Notes under the pieces: model-generated
What the model saw: the letters and a program-made list of their open reading frames with translations, nothing else
The model's database searches: none
Told to the model about the DNA's origin: nothing
Program-made: the position numbers and the translations under genes
In this document: positions 26,539 through 40,285 of the stretch, in pieces
Layout of the letters: every line of letters starts with the position of its first letter
Position numbering within the stretch: position 1 is the stretch's first letter
Source: Octopus vulgaris
Lineage: Eukaryota
Direction: 5' to 3'
Length of the DNA stretch: 64,000 nt
NCBI GenBank assembly: GCA_951406725.2
Contig: OX597817.1
Span: 44,950,001-45,014,000, forward strand

Positions 26539-26680
26539 CTGGTGAAGGCCGGTTTATAGGTTTACCCTGGCTTTCCCGTCCAAAGCAGGTTTAACTTTTT
26601 GGCGCATCGTTTACCTTGAAGTTAAACCCGTTATGGAGGGGGTACCCAGAGTGAGCCCTTAAACCGCCCTTCATCAGGAA
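26537..26680 (+). other. About 145-nt imperfect GC-rich hairpin
   Basis: The arms (about 60 nt each) pair along their whole length, with several G-U pairs on the + strand. Confidence 0.7.
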
Positions 26681-26779
26681 CGAATGTAGATTGCTCTACT
26701 TCCTAGAGAGTGCTTCTTCTCCGAATTTATGTTTTTCTAAAACACACACACACACCTACCCACCCTCAAACACACATAA

Positions 26780-27010
26780 CATACATGTGTGTGTATGTAC
26801 CTCTGTGTGTGCATGCGTGTCTGGTTTGCTTCCACTCATCCACAGCTTGGTAGGCAGTGCTGGTGAGTTTACACCCCCGTAATCTTGCGGTTCCGCAAAA
26901 GAAACGGATAGAATAATCAGTACGATCGATTTGTTCAACAACAAACCTTCAAGACGGTGCCCCATCATGGCTACCGTCAAATGCTGAAACAAGTAAAATG
27001 TAAAATCTAA
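26780..27010 (+). mobile_element. Diverged SINE family A 3' half
   Basis: GCTGGTGAGTTTAC..CCGTAA..GCGGTTCCGCAAAAGA...TGAAACAAGTAAAA. Confidence 0.65.
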
Positions 27011-27301
27011 CAGTAACAAAAGAAATGACCGAACCCACGAACTGTTGCATGTTGCAGTACATAAATCAAAGTGGAATTTCGGCTGTGTAAAAGCGGGTAC
27101 CGAATTTTGTACGTAATTATTCGTCTTCAAAGTTCCACCCCAAAAATGGTTTGGTCGAACATAAAATATGTCCCTCTATTTATTGAGAATGAATCCGATA
27201 TCACCTATATGGACAAACGTTTCTATAGTGAATCAGCTATAGCTGCCTGCTTAAGAACATATTTGAGTTAATCCGAAAATACACACACACACATACACAC
27301 A

Positions 27302-27351
<50 letters not shown>

Positions 27352-28224
27352 TACACACACACATAGACGCACAAACACATGCTCATACACCTATATATAT
27401 GAAGGTGTAAATGCTTTTGTGTACCGCCGCCTATCTCTGAAAACACACATGCATGCATAAATACATACATAGACACACACATACATTGATACATACATAA
27501 ATACACTCATTTATACACACACACACATACAAACACAAAGACACATATATATATGTATATATACTTATTTACATGTGCGCATTAACATAGACGTACGTGT
27601 GTCTGTGTGTGTGTACACATTTTAATGTACTTCGTTAAATGATCATGCATTCATATGCAAACCAATATATGAATGACGTTTTGCTCATTATTCTAACTTG
27701 CAGTTTTGTATACGGACATGGACAACGTTCCTGTCTGCTACATAATCAATTCATTATTCAGACATATTGGATTCAGAAGCCATTATCTGTGCTATTGATA
27801 TTTTCTCTATCAATAGTCATTGATGTTATAACTATCAGACAGTTTAGTTGACTGCCATATAATACTTATTAACTATCGATAATCTTCCTTCACTAACAGG
27901 TCATTTGGCAACTATCTTCAAACTATCGAAATGCTTCTTAATTCTTTTGAGCATCAGACTGAATCCCTGAACAGACATCTCAACAACTTTCGATCTTAAC
28001 TTTGAAATCTAACAAGCCGTTCACCTGCCCACTTTAGTCAAAGCGTTCATGACTTCAGACTTTAAAATATTCTTCTTCTTCCTATTATAGTTAAACTGTA
28101 CTTTCCGATTCTATAGCTTCATTTATATTCTCTACTGGAGACATATGTATATCAGTTACACCACCTGATTTCATATAGTACATCTTGCGAGACTAATACG
28201 AAACCACTATACGTCTGAGTGTGC

Positions 28225-28503
28225 GTATATATATATATAGATATATATGTTATATAATATGTATGTATATATATATGCATATCGTGCATATATATATATA
28301 AATATATATGTTATATAATATATATGTATATATATATGCATATCGTGGATATATATATATATAAATATATATGTTATATAATATTTATGTATATATACAT
28401 GCATATCGTGCATATATCTATATATAAATATATATGTTATATAATATGTATGTATATATATATATATGCATATCGTGCATATATATATACATATATATAT
28501 ACA

Positions 28504-28540
<37 letters not shown>

Positions 28541-28603
28541 GATATACATATATATATATATACACGATATACATATATATATACACACATATATATATAT
28601 GCA

Positions 28604-28678
<75 letters not shown>

Positions 28679-28735
28679 TAATCCAAACAAGAAAACAAAA
28701 AAACACAACAACGCAAGGACGTGGAACAAATAAAG

Positions 28736-28778
<43 letters not shown>

Positions 28779-28782
28779 CACG

Positions 28783-28874
<92 letters not shown>

Positions 28875-28933
28875 GATATGCATATATATACATACATATT
28901 ATATAACATATATATATACATACATATTATATA

Positions 28934-28968
<35 letters not shown>

Positions 28969-28970
28969 CG
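28225..28970. repeat. AT-rich minisatellite in inverted arrangement
   Basis: About 57-bp units carrying TATCGTGC at 28225-28480, then GCACGATA-bearing inverted units at 28536-28940. Confidence 0.8.
28674..28740. mobile_element. Short (about 66 bp) insert within (TA)n
   Basis: AAAGTTAATCCAAACAAG...GGAACAAATAAAGTATT, flanked by pure (TA)n on both sides. Confidence 0.5.
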
Positions 28971-29274
28971 CATGTATATGCAAGGGTGGAAAGAGGTAGT
29001 GAAAGAGAAAGGTAGAAATGCGGAGAAAGAAATAGATTGCTGGTGAAGATGGACGCAGTGGCTGTCAAACAGAATAATGAGTATGAAGTAATATATAGAC
29101 TATAACAATGAATAACCTACATAACAATATATGTAGTGATAATATGTTGAATATGAAATAAATTCGACATTTGCTGCATGATGAAGCTGTTTCCTTTTCA
29201 GAATGTCAAGTTAGAATGGAAGAAAGAGGAAAATGAAATTGAATGCATGGTGTACATGCATACATAAATACATG

Positions 29275-29339
<65 letters not shown>

Positions 29340-29341
<2 letters not shown>

Positions 29342-29733
29342 TCTTTTACTCCTTTACTTGTTTCAGTAATTTGACTGCGGCCATGCTGGAGCACCGCCTT
29401 TAATCGAGCAACTCGACCCCGGGACTTATTCATTTGTAAGCCCAGTACTTATTCTATCGGTCTCTTTTGCCGAACCGCTAAGTAACGGGGACATAAACAC
29501 ACCAGCATCGGTTGTCATGCAATGCTAGGGGGACAAACACAGACGCACAAACACACACACGCATACATATACATATATACGATGGGATTCTTTCAGTTTC
29601 CGTCTACCAAATCTACTCACAAGGCTTTGGTCGGTCCGAGGCTATAGTAGAAGACACTTGCCCAAGGTGCCACGCAGTGGGACTGAATCCGGGACCATGT
29701 GGTTAGTAAACAAGCTACTTACCACACAGCCAC

Positions 29734-29736
<3 letters not shown>
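29340..29736 (-). mobile_element. SINE family A
   Basis: Reverse copy between TA tracts. Confidence 0.9.
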
Positions 29737-29800
<64 letters not shown>

Positions 29801-29803
<3 letters not shown>

Positions 29804-29920
29804 GGAGAATTCCCAAAGAAAGCAAAATACGAAGACAGGTGGTGCAGAAAACAAACAGATGTATTAGTATAATTCTCGGGAAATGAAAAAGTCTTTAATG
29901 TTTCGAGCCTACGCCCTTCC
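29801..29920 (-). mobile_element. TA-associated short repeat with partial hammerhead (same family as 57309-57452)
   Basis: Reverse complement of 57335-57452. Retains GGGCGTAGGCTC-GAAAC-ATT-AAAG and is truncated at the CUGA core. Confidence 0.6.
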
Positions 29921-30450
29921 AAAGTTCAATGCATGCACACAGTCATACATTCACACACATAAGATATACTAGTATACTCATGCCTTCAAAAAATAGGCTC
30001 TTAAATCAAAATAGGCTAAACATGTCATTTACTAAATGCATCTAAGTGACATACTTTCCATTTTGTTGATAGACGGTTGCAAAACAGAAATTCAATTTGC
30101 GTTGGAAATACGTTGGTGGGATGTAGGAAAGGGATTTAAATAAAAGGGAAATTTTACATAATTCTTTAAAGCTTTCTGTTAGGTTAACACAACAATAAGT
30201 CCTTAATTTAATTGGTAAAGCAAGATCCACCTATAAATTCATTGAATTACTGATGAGCTGCGCCTTCGAAACTGACTGTAATTCATGTATATTTTATTTG
30301 GTATACAGATTCATTATTTACCACAACTAGATAAGAATTATGGTATTTACCGACCCAAGTTTAGTTACCATTGTTCATAAATGAACGATATCACTACTAA
30401 ATACCTTAAGAAAGTTCCTTATCTAAAAGTGATTGAAATCGTAACTTTCT

Positions 30451-30451
<1 letters not shown>

Positions 30452-30487
<36 letters not shown>

Positions 30488-30750
30488 AATTATTGTATAC
30501 AGTGCTCAGGTGCACCACGACTTGTCAACTTGTCAAAAGTGCGTATAAAGCATATGCAGTAATGTACAAATGTCTGGAAAGTGAACAGTGTATGAGTCAG
30601 ATACATGCTTGCGTGTGTATGGAGGGGAGAAAATCAGGTGTAGTGTTGGCGAATCTCAGGAAGCATGGAAGTTTAGAACGATGCAGTGCTCCGACAACTA
30701 ACAACTGATGCTGGCAGTTTGTTCCATGCTCCAGCAACTCTTAGCGTTAG
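30452..30750 (-). mobile_element. CR1/L2-group LINE 3' end with (ATT)n tail
   Basis: Minus frame LRVAGAWNKLPASVV..S..F (canonical WN.LP end motif), then a 3' UTR and an (ATT)n tail at 30452-30483. Confidence 0.75.
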
Positions 30751-31229
30751 TTTCAGCACTAAACTAATTCATAAACATTTTTATCTAAAAAATTATAAAT
30801 ATTATATATCAGGATGAACAAAGCAATGTGAATAACAAAATGCCTTTAAACTTTCCTTCACTTGCATTGCTTACCTTCATTTTCGACATTTCAGTGTTTG
30901 GTGGATTGTGCTTATGTGTGTATGCGTGTGTGCTTTGTTGAAAAATATGTTTAATCATGAGGTGGCATATTTCTGCCGGAGTTCGTCTTTTCCTACGTAA
31001 CCTTCAAACACCGGTATTGAACAGGAGAAATGTTCAGTTCATTCTACATGTTTAAGACTACATACATACATACATGCAGGCATGCATGCATGCATGCATA
31101 CATGCATACATACATGCATGCATACATACATACATACATACATACATACATACATAAATACATACATACATACATATATATATTCATACATACATACATA
31201 TATACATTCATACATACATACATATATAC

Positions 31230-31295
<66 letters not shown>

Positions 31296-31627
31296 CATAC
31301 CTATCCACACGTATGTGTATTGGTGTGTATAATTCCTTCTAACGCTCAACCTTATAAGTTAACCCAGATCAAATTTCCTCCAATAAACATGGAGCCATTA
31401 TAACCGCAACAAATACATACATTGGACTGTTTAGATTAAAATATGTAAATAATTTTTCATTTAGCCCTTGTCAATTACTAAATTCGCAATTTGTCTCACA
31501 ATTTGTCAGAACACTAGTCTGTGTTGAATTGTGTTATTATCAGAACTGAATTCTAATTTCAATTCATCCTGTTTCCTTTATTCATCTTTATATCATAGAC
31601 CTAATACTTCTACGTAGTATCCTCCTA

Positions 31628-31855
31628 CTTCTATTTCTTTACTACCCATAAGGGGCCAAACATAGAGGGGACAAACAAGGACAGACAAATGGATTATATT
31701 GGCCTCAGTGCATAACTGGTACTTATTTAATCGACCTCGAAAGGATGAAAGGCAAAGTCGACCTCGGCAGAATTTGAACTCAGAACGTAGCGGCAGACGA
31801 AATTCTGCTAAGCATTTCGCTCGGCGTGCAAACGATTCTGCCAGCTCGACGCCTT
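31628..31855 (-). mobile_element. SINE family B with 11-bp TSD
   Basis: TSD GTATCCTCCTA at 31617-31627 and 31856-31866. Confidence 0.9.
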
Positions 31856-33191
31856 GTATCCTCCTATTGTCCTGAGCTGAAATTTACTGCCGTGCTATAC
31901 GTGATAGATCATTAGCAATGATTTACTTCCCTTGCTTTGTCCGCTTTTAACAACTCACCCAACAAAACATTATTGTTAACTTATCAACATGTTTATATTA
32001 AACAGTTATTTTCATCATTCTTTACTGACCCAGCTTCACTATTTTCTTATCCCCTCTCAATTTGTTTTATTTTTGTGTACACTTTTCTTCCTATTACCCT
32101 GGCCCCTATGTACATATTCCGGTAGCCTTGCAAAGTTGCAGGTAACTACCATGGCGTGATATTTTGAGCTCTTTCACCTTCAAACATAATTTTTATCTAA
32201 ATATGAGTCTATGTAGTGATCAGATCACCTGCCTACTGCATATTCAAAGGTACTTTCCACACTCCTGCACACACCAAAAATAATAAAAAACTGAAGACCC
32301 GCCAAAAGAAGGTACCCCTATTTAGCTAAAGTCTTGTTCAGTGTTTGGTCAACGTTAAACTAACTCTGGCATAAAGTGGACACTTTAAATGACAGAGACA
32401 AGCAAATCTGGTAGCATCGAAAACAAATCCATCGTCTTGAGGACACCACTTTACATTTTTCACATAAATCAAACATGAAGGAATATCGCTATTGCTTCAC
32501 ATGTATCTACAGTGTAGAAGCGCAATCGCACAACCACTGCTGGCGATTCATGACAGGTTTCACCAGCATTTAATTTAAAATGATCTGCCAAGCAAATAGA
32601 TAGTGTACAGAAATATATATGTCTTTCCATATAAAAACGCAATTGTTTAATAATGTAATATTTTGAAATAGTACATTAAGTTGAGGTGTGAAGTTTTCAA
32701 AGTCTAATGCATTAAGATTTTGCAAATACTGTTTAAATTAAAGGTAAACAGCTACAAATGATAAATGCGTGAATTAAGGAAATATTATTACAGATAATAC
32801 GCAGGGGGTGCTATTATATGTTAGCAGTGCAGTAATATAAATTTCTATTTGAAGCTTCTAGTAAAAACAAATCAGGCACACTACTGAGCAGAGTAATAGC
32901 TTGCTCTGAATGGCATATATTAAACTATTAGTCCTCTGTTAGTAGATTTTTCAGTTTGGCAATGATTTTAATTTTATAGTGTCCTTATTGTATTTTAGGT
33001 TTGCAAAGTTATTTAAAAAACATGCATGGTATGAAATATTAGCTTAAATCACATTGTGCTAAATCGAATTTACACATGATACAGTCATTAATGTGCTGAT
33101 GTGTAAGGAATCAGTCATAAAATAAATACCAGTGAGGCCATCCGGATAATTTTCCAGACGTTCGTTATCTAAGAATTAATCATCTCATATA

Positions 33192-33497
33192 TGGAGGCGC
33201 AATGGCCCAGTGGTTAGGGCAGCGAACTCGCAGCCGGACGATTGCGGTTTCGATTCCCTGACCGGGCGTTGTGTGTGTGTATTGGATGAAAACACCTAAA
33301 GCTCCACGGCAGGGGGTGGTGGTGACCTCTGTTGTACTCTTTCGCCCCAACTTTCTCTCACTCTCTCTTCCTGTTTCTTGAGCAACGCTGCGATGGATTG
33401 TCGTCCATCCAGCTGCGGGGAACACATACACCACAGATATCGGGAAACCGGGCCCACGAGCCTGGCTAGGCTTGAAAAGGGCGCATAAATAAATAAA
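33192..33497 (+). mobile_element. SINE family C (tRNA-derived head GGAGGCGCAATGGCCCAGTGGTTAG)
   Basis: A box TGGCCCAGTGG, B-box-like GGTTTCGATTCCC and an A-rich end. Related to 43176-43414. Confidence 0.85.
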
Positions 33498-33696
33498 AAA
33501 AATCATCTCATAATTTTCGTTTATATTGTAATGAAAATGTGCTGCCACATCTAACATGCAATGTAAATGACTGTGCTAATGCTCAGTTGATGGTTTACTA
33601 AATCGTAACTCAGTATGCCGACTCATTTGTTTGCTGCTAATATTCAATATTCTTGGGCGATTTTATGAAACTTAAGTTTTTGGTAGAAGGCATGTA

Positions 33697-33904
33697 ACGG
33701 TTTCAAACTTTGACACAAGGCTAGAGGCGGGGAGTAAGTCGATTACATCGACCCCAGCGTTTATATGGTACTGATTTTATCTATACAAAATTGATGAAAG
33801 GCAAAGTCGTCCATTGTAGAATTTGAGCTCAGAGCGTAAAGATGGACGTAATGCCGCTAAGCAGTTTTTCCCGCTGTGCTAACGATTCTGCCAGCTCACC
33901 GCCC
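33697..33904 (-). mobile_element. SINE family B, diverged
   Basis: Family B head, core and tail on the minus strand. Confidence 0.8.
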
Positions 33905-35125
33905 AAGCAATGGAATAATATTGATGATTGCTACATGAGAACCTAATATACAATTCTGGAACTGAGATTCTTGGTATTATCATTTTGAGAGTTTAGGGAC
34001 AGCAATTGGCTCGCCGAATAAAATGCTTAGTGACATATCATCCGGACTTACGTTCCAACAAATTTTACTTTGCCTTTCATCGTTGCAAGATGAAACAAGT
34101 AATAGTTGAGTACTTGGGTCAGTGTCATCGACTGCCGTCCGCCGCCGGCTATCCCAAAATCCCAGGTCATGTGCCTCCGACTTAGCAGAATCGAGTCGAC
34201 ATCAAAAATAGTAATTTCCGGAGTTTCTTCCAGCTCATGACATTGTGACTTGCAATCCATCCGAGGCCAGCTTTGCCGTTTATTCTTGCAAGATCAATCA
34301 AACAAATACACATCAAATACAAAGTTAATGGTTTCCATACAAATCATTCCCTAAAAAGGGCTGGCTTGCTCCATATTTGAAATCACCTCCACCATTAACG
34401 ATAGCATCACCAATATTATTATATTTATCGTTATTATATGCATTGAATCAACTAGATTCATTTCTAATGCCTACTCTTACTTTCCTGACAAAATTTATCA
34501 TGTGATGGCGCAGGGGAATTAAAGATATTCCCAATGCTAATGCTGTTGTGGAAGTCAAAACGCATGTCGATACAATGATTACCCATACAGGATAAGTTAT
34601 TAACAATAAAATGATAATAATCATACGAGAAGATCTCTTGCTCAGAGAATAAATCTATATTAGCGGGACGTGTTAAGTAACTAAGGTAAAAATTATACTG
34701 TACACGTGACATTTATGGACATTGCGCTTAGTTTCTCGTCTAGCAACACTATTATTAATCAGTGTAGAACATGATAACAACTGGTGACAGGAAACAGATG
34801 GTCTTTATTACCAGCTTATGCATCAGGCTTTGCTTAATAATGTTTAGTCATTCAACAATTCACTCACTTACCCTTGACAGATAAAAGACACACGTTCACA
34901 TAGGTTATTGTACAAAAAAACATATAGATTTCAATGACGTCGTAACATACATAAAATACACGGAGTCAGACATCGAGATATTTGCTTTGTTGTGTATACA
35001 ACCCCAGCAGACTGGCAAATCTTTAAGTAAATATCGCACACACACACTTGCTGATGTAGAATTGTGTCTGTGAATAATAATTCAAAACTGAGATACACAA
35101 CCAAGCACATCAATACATACTTACA

Positions 35126-35233
<108 letters not shown>

Positions 35234-35244
35234 TATATATATGT

Positions 35245-35470
35245 ATTATATAAAATCGTTCTGTCTATCTGTGTGTGTGTTCTAGGATCTCGGGTATCCT
35301 CCATCCTATTGCGCTCATATTTGATATGTAGATACCGACGGTATCAGAGCATGTATAAGTCTTGAAAAAATTACAAAAATCGATTCCAGGTGAGAATGCG
35401 ATCGATAAAACATTCTTTGGAATAGAAACAATGTCTAAATTTATTTCTTCATTTGCTGCTGTCTCAAATT
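35245..35470 (+). mobile_element. Possible non-autonomous Helitron 5' remnant
   Basis: TATATAAAA..CTGTCTATCTGTGTGTG..CATCC.ATT..GCTCA.ATTTG resembles invertebrate Helitron-N 5' ends (from recollection). No 3' CTAG hairpin seen. Confidence 0.3.
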
Positions 35471-35889
35471 TAGGTTAAATCAGTGTTTCTCAAAGGGGAC
35501 GCCTATGAGACGGTCGGACAAATTTGAGAAAATTTGGTTTAAATGTTTCACAACTCAGCACTGTCCATTGGAGGGGGGGGCATTTTCCTCGTATGTATAT
35601 ATATATATATAAATGTGTGTGTGTGTATACACATGCACACAAACGTAGATAAATGTATATATATATATATATATATACACGTACAGACATAGGCTTTTGT
35701 ATATGCCTGTATGTGTATAGATGGAGCTTCTTTGTGTATCTTAGAATACAAGACAAAAACTTTTGTTTGTACCCTTACCCCAACGTACCGGTTTCTCAAA
35801 AACTGTCCAATAGGCTATGTACCATACTTAAAAGAAAGACAAAGTTCGATTTGAACGACGGAATATTTTAAGGCGAGTGCTACAGGAAT

Positions 35890-36300
35890 GCAATTCCAAT
35901 AGTTGAAAGAAGTATTCCATGCAGTGGAACACCTCACCTCAACTGCTCCAAAGAAAACAAGGCCTACGTTGTTTTATCAACAGGGAAGATGATAGCTTAA
36001 GACTTTTGGGATGCAAAAGGCATTGCTTTTATTGATTAGCTTCAAGAGGACAACACCATCAAGGGAGAGCATTATAGCAAATTGCTGAGGCGGTTACGAA
36101 AAATTATCAAGACAAAATATTTAAGAAATGTAACGAAAGGGGTCTTGTTTTATCAGAACAATGCGCCAGCACACAAAACCTTGGTTTCAGTAGCTGCAGT
36201 ACATGACAATGGTTTTGAACTTGTTGATTACGTCCCTCATTCTCCTGATTTGAATCCATCTGACTATCACGTGTTGCTCGAATTGAAAAGAAACACTTGA
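35890..36300 (+). pseudogene. Mariner (DD34D) transposase remnant
   Basis: STGKMIA*DFWDAKGI..ID*LQ...TI.GE.Y, YQNNAPAH (second D mutated to N) and SPDLNPSDY with 34-residue spacing. In-frame stops. Confidence 0.85.
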
Positions 36301-36650
36301 CTGGAAAACAGTCAATACAGTAGATCCATTTTACTGAATCAATCAATAGAGTAAATACATTTCACTGAATCAGCAAATGATCCGGATTGTATTTTCTATA
36401 AACTGGCAAGGCGGGTTATCTTTAACCTTGGGGAAAGGAGTAGTGTCACCGATGAGAATAAATTTAATCCGAAATCATTGTTATATGGCACCCTCACTTC
36501 CTTAGGGAGCTTGTCTCCCTTGCCAGTCAATGGATAAGTGCTTTTGTAACAGAAAATACTCTGTTTCTGGCTAAGAGTTGCTTTAGCTCTTATTTCTAAT
36601 AATACTAGGGCCCACTTTCACCTTTAATCACTTTTAACAACATTTGTACT

Positions 36651-36697
<47 letters not shown>

Positions 36698-36698
36698 C

Positions 36699-36878
36699 AA
36701 TTTAGGGTAGCTAAGAGATACCACCACGCTGGAAATAGCAGTCAAACTTGTCTCTAAAACCATATTAAATGTTCACAGATGACCAGGTCCTGGTGCTGTA
36801 TGAACATTTAATATGGTTTTAGATTCAAGTTTTGACTGCTATTTCCAGCGCGGTGGTATCTCTTAGATACCCAAAATT
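36699..36878. repeat. 180-bp near-perfect palindrome (fold-back) next to (TA)n
   Basis: Arms of about 89 bp around the centre ACCAGG-T-CCTGGT at 36788. Confidence 0.95.
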
Positions 36879-36929
36879 ATAATAAGATCGGTATTTAAAA
36901 ATCGATTTCATCATTATTTATATAAATTT

Positions 36930-36993
<64 letters not shown>

Positions 36994-37639
36994 CTACGTA
37001 TCTATGTATGTGTTTATCTATGTATGTGTATATGTATGTATATGTGTGTGTGAGTGCTTGTCTGCATGCATGAATGTTTATGAATATATGTATGCCTATG
37101 TTTCCGTGTGCATATATTCATAATTATGTGTGTAACTTCAACGAAATTTATGACAGCCATAATGAGATTTTAAAAGTGAGGTTTCGAAATTTCAGATGAA
37201 CCGATTCGAAATTATTCTTATATTGTAAATACAAATTTAATATTTCAAAGATGTAAGCGTTCTGTCGTATTATACAGTATTTTAATGAGGCAATTTCATC
37301 TTTACAAACGTTGTCAGTGGTAGTGAGGTATTTTTTCTGATATAATTCTTAGAATTGAATAATACGTAAAGTTTATTTTCTTTTGATATGCAAACCAAAA
37401 ACCAAAAAATGAATACGCTCTGAGCTCGCTGTAGAGAACAATTACAACTAATTTGGAAGAGAAATATGGATACGACAGATACTTATATCTTATATTGTCA
37501 GCCAATATAAGATATCAGCAGATAATATCTTACAGTGGGAATAAGGCGGCGAATGAAGAATCGTTAGCACGACGGGTAAATTGACATGAGCACTATCTTT
37601 GGAATTTCTCCTATGTTGGTCTTTCCTAGTATCTGAGCT

Positions 37640-38310
37640 AGGTATGAATCACGGCATGTTGGGCTACTGCCGTTCTTTAACATGTTGGTCTGGTACTATC
37701 TTGTAGGTAGGCATTGATCTTGGACTGCTATGATAAACCCTTGTGTTTCTGATTTTAAGCCAGAAGACACTAACCATTGATGGGTAAGGGCTTTATCAAC
37801 ATCGGTACTATTAGCTCTCTTTGGGTATTTGCGACTGAAAGTTTTTTCATACCATTTATCAGCTTTATGCGGGTTTTCAAACTCTTAGCTTTTTCTGCGC
37901 TTGTTTCTAGCATGTCTAATTTGTTGTATTTGGAATTCACTTGGATATTCCTTTGCCTGTTTGGTTACTGAGTATGGTGTTTTCTTGTTTTCATGCTTTG
38001 AGACATGTTTTAACATGCAGTCAACAAAGTTTTTCAGAGAGGTGTCTAGGACAGTTGTGGCAATCTCCATTATTAATTGCAGTTCACGGCTACCCTCTTT
38101 TCTTGGTAGGTAAAGTCATTCTATATCTGCCGATGGTTATTTATAGTCTCCGGCTCTGCCGCACTTTGCGTTTTTTGCTCATACCACGTCTTGCCTCTCT
38201 CCCTAGCTACCTGGTCGTGCCGTCACATCTTGAAGTGATTTTGGGCAAGCGTAGGCCATTCGTTCCTGATATGGACAAAGGTTTCATCCACTCTATTCCA
38301 GATGCGGCAC
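37640..38310 (-). mobile_element. R4/Dong-like LINE fragments (post-RT region and CCHC)
   Basis: Minus frames: LYLPRKEG, KQAKEY, LKSETQGFIIAVQDQCLPTR and DETFVHI....LAQ....RHDQVA. Confidence 0.75.
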
Positions 38311-39039
38311 AGCGTATTATTTATGTCTTATTTATGCAAATGGAAAATATAATTCATGGTGGCATTACATATAACGGACAATTGACACGTTAAATCTGAA
38401 AAACATAGTTATACTTGTTATTTTATCTTCCAATTGTTTGCTGTATCTTGTTTATTCCCAAGTATATATAACTAAATACATACTTCCCAAACATACTATG
38501 TTATGACAAAACACTTTCTCATTTCATAAGACAAGTTCTAGTTAGTGTTTGTTAAAACATACTGTTCGATAATCAGTGATGCTTTTGTTTTTATCCGAAC
38601 AATTTTCATCGATGATCCAGCATCAACATATGAGAAAATTTTTCAGCGCAAAATATAACCCTTCAGAACTGAGTGTTATGTAAGAGAATACGAATTATGT
38701 AAGGCGAATAAACGTTCGTAGGTGAACTATTGGATGTGTGTATGCACCGACCGTATGGGAGGTCATCACGTTTCGGACAACACAAAATGAGTACTTTTAC
38801 TGAATACTGTGATTATAAGATGCAAGAATTTTACTTCAGATATTGTGCGGTTTCTTATTAATAAATTCATACCTCGTGCTGTTATGAAGTAAAACCAAGT
38901 GAGATATATATATATGTGTAATTGATTTAATTTGTCTCCTAAACGAAGGAGAAATAGTATGCATTATTAAGAAGAAAATGGTACCATGTAATTTACTAGT
39001 TGCACTTCGCCTTTCATAAATCTAAGAATATCAATTCAT

Positions 39040-39200
39040 TTTTACTTTTATTCTATTATTCTTTTACTCGTTTCAGTCAATTGACTACGGCCATGCTGGG
39101 GCACCGTCTTTAGACGAACAAGTCGAGCTCAGGACTTATTCTTTGTAAGCATAGTGCTTATTCTATCGGTCTCTTTTGCCGAACTACTACGTTATGGGAA
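39040..39200 (-). mobile_element. SINE family A 3' fragment
   Basis: Matches the family A tail. Confidence 0.8.
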
Positions 39201-39229
39201 ATTAGATGTTTGATGTCGTATTGTTGACT

Positions 39230-39570
39230 AATGGTTGTGAAGTTCACTTCACAATATTAAGATTTTCGGCTCGATCCCAAAACATGACAACTTATCCAAG
39301 TAACACAGACAATAACCCCGGTTCAACGCAAGCTCTGTGAGTCAAACTGAGCGGACGGAAGTTGTGCAGAAGCCCGTCCTGTGGATTGTAACTGTAATTC
39401 AAACGTTCAGCCTTATCGTGGACTCTGTTACACTAGATCTGCTCGAGATTTACGTTATGATTACACGACACAGTGGAAGATCCAGTCACATGCTGATGCG
39501 CTAAGTAGGTCGTTCAGTTCATCGAACAGCTGAATACGAATCGTTGAAACCAGCTCAGATCCATACACTT
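39230..39570 (+). mobile_element. Old chimeric SINE (family A-like head plus 55716-type tail)
   Basis: GACGGAAGTTGTGCAGAAGCCCGTC (family A), followed by GTAATTCAAA..TCAGCCTT...CGAGA.TTACGTTA (as at 55860-55930). Confidence 0.5.
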
Positions 39571-39884
39571 CAACTTTGGTCAGGTATTGATTGTTATCAA
39601 TAATTATCAGAGTCAAGAAAAGTGACAAGCTCGATATTTTGATAAAATCATCGGGCAGAAATTATTTAGGGATTCAGTTTTCAAGGAAGCTAAAAAACTG
39701 GGGCTGATGTGACGATTGAATTAGTACTATCACAAAGTCTGCTTTGGTCCTACAAGTTAACTAGACTAAAGCTTTCTAGGTTTCCGTAGTATTTATACTA
39801 TTCATAGTACGAGGTTGCCTTTCCTCGAAATGGATGTCAGTCCCTCGCTGGGCCAAAACTTCCATGTTTTGTTCGTAGATACAT

Positions 39885-39983
39885 GTGTGGCACCTGGGGC
39901 AAGTGTCTTCTACTATAGCCTCGGGCCGACCAAAGATTTGTGAGTGGATTTGTTAGACGGAAACTGAAAGAAGCCTCTCGTAA

Positions 39984-40052
<69 letters not shown>

Positions 40053-40285
40053 CATTTCTGTATATGTTCGTGTGTCTGTGTTTGTCTCCCCAACATCGCT
40101 TGACAACCAAAGGTGGTGTGTTTACGTCCCCGTAACTTAGCGGTTCGGCGAAACATACTGATAGAACAAGTACTAGGCTTACGAAGAATAAGTCCTGGGA
40201 TCGATTTGCTCGACTAAAGGCGGTGTTCCAGTATGGCCGCAGACAAATGACTAAAACAAGTAAAAGAGTAAAGAGTAAAAAGAGA
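39885..40285 (+). mobile_element. SINE family A, 5'-truncated
   Basis: Begins at GTGGCACCTGGGGCAAGTG. Confidence 0.88.

Noticed and set aside
27205-27250. Further hammerhead-like remnants (also 45165-45200 and 37190-37215)
   Set aside because: Only GAAA plus a partial stem remains; the CUGANGA core or the helices are not recoverable.
28207-29068. Long ORFs (up to 240 aa) rich in Y/I/C/V/H/T, here and at many other sites
   Set aside because: They are translations of (TA)n/(CA)n/(TATG)n microsatellites, which lack stop codons.
35481-35540. hAT-Charlie-like TIR CAGTGTTTCTCAAA
   Set aside because: No convincing partner TIR or 8-bp TSD.
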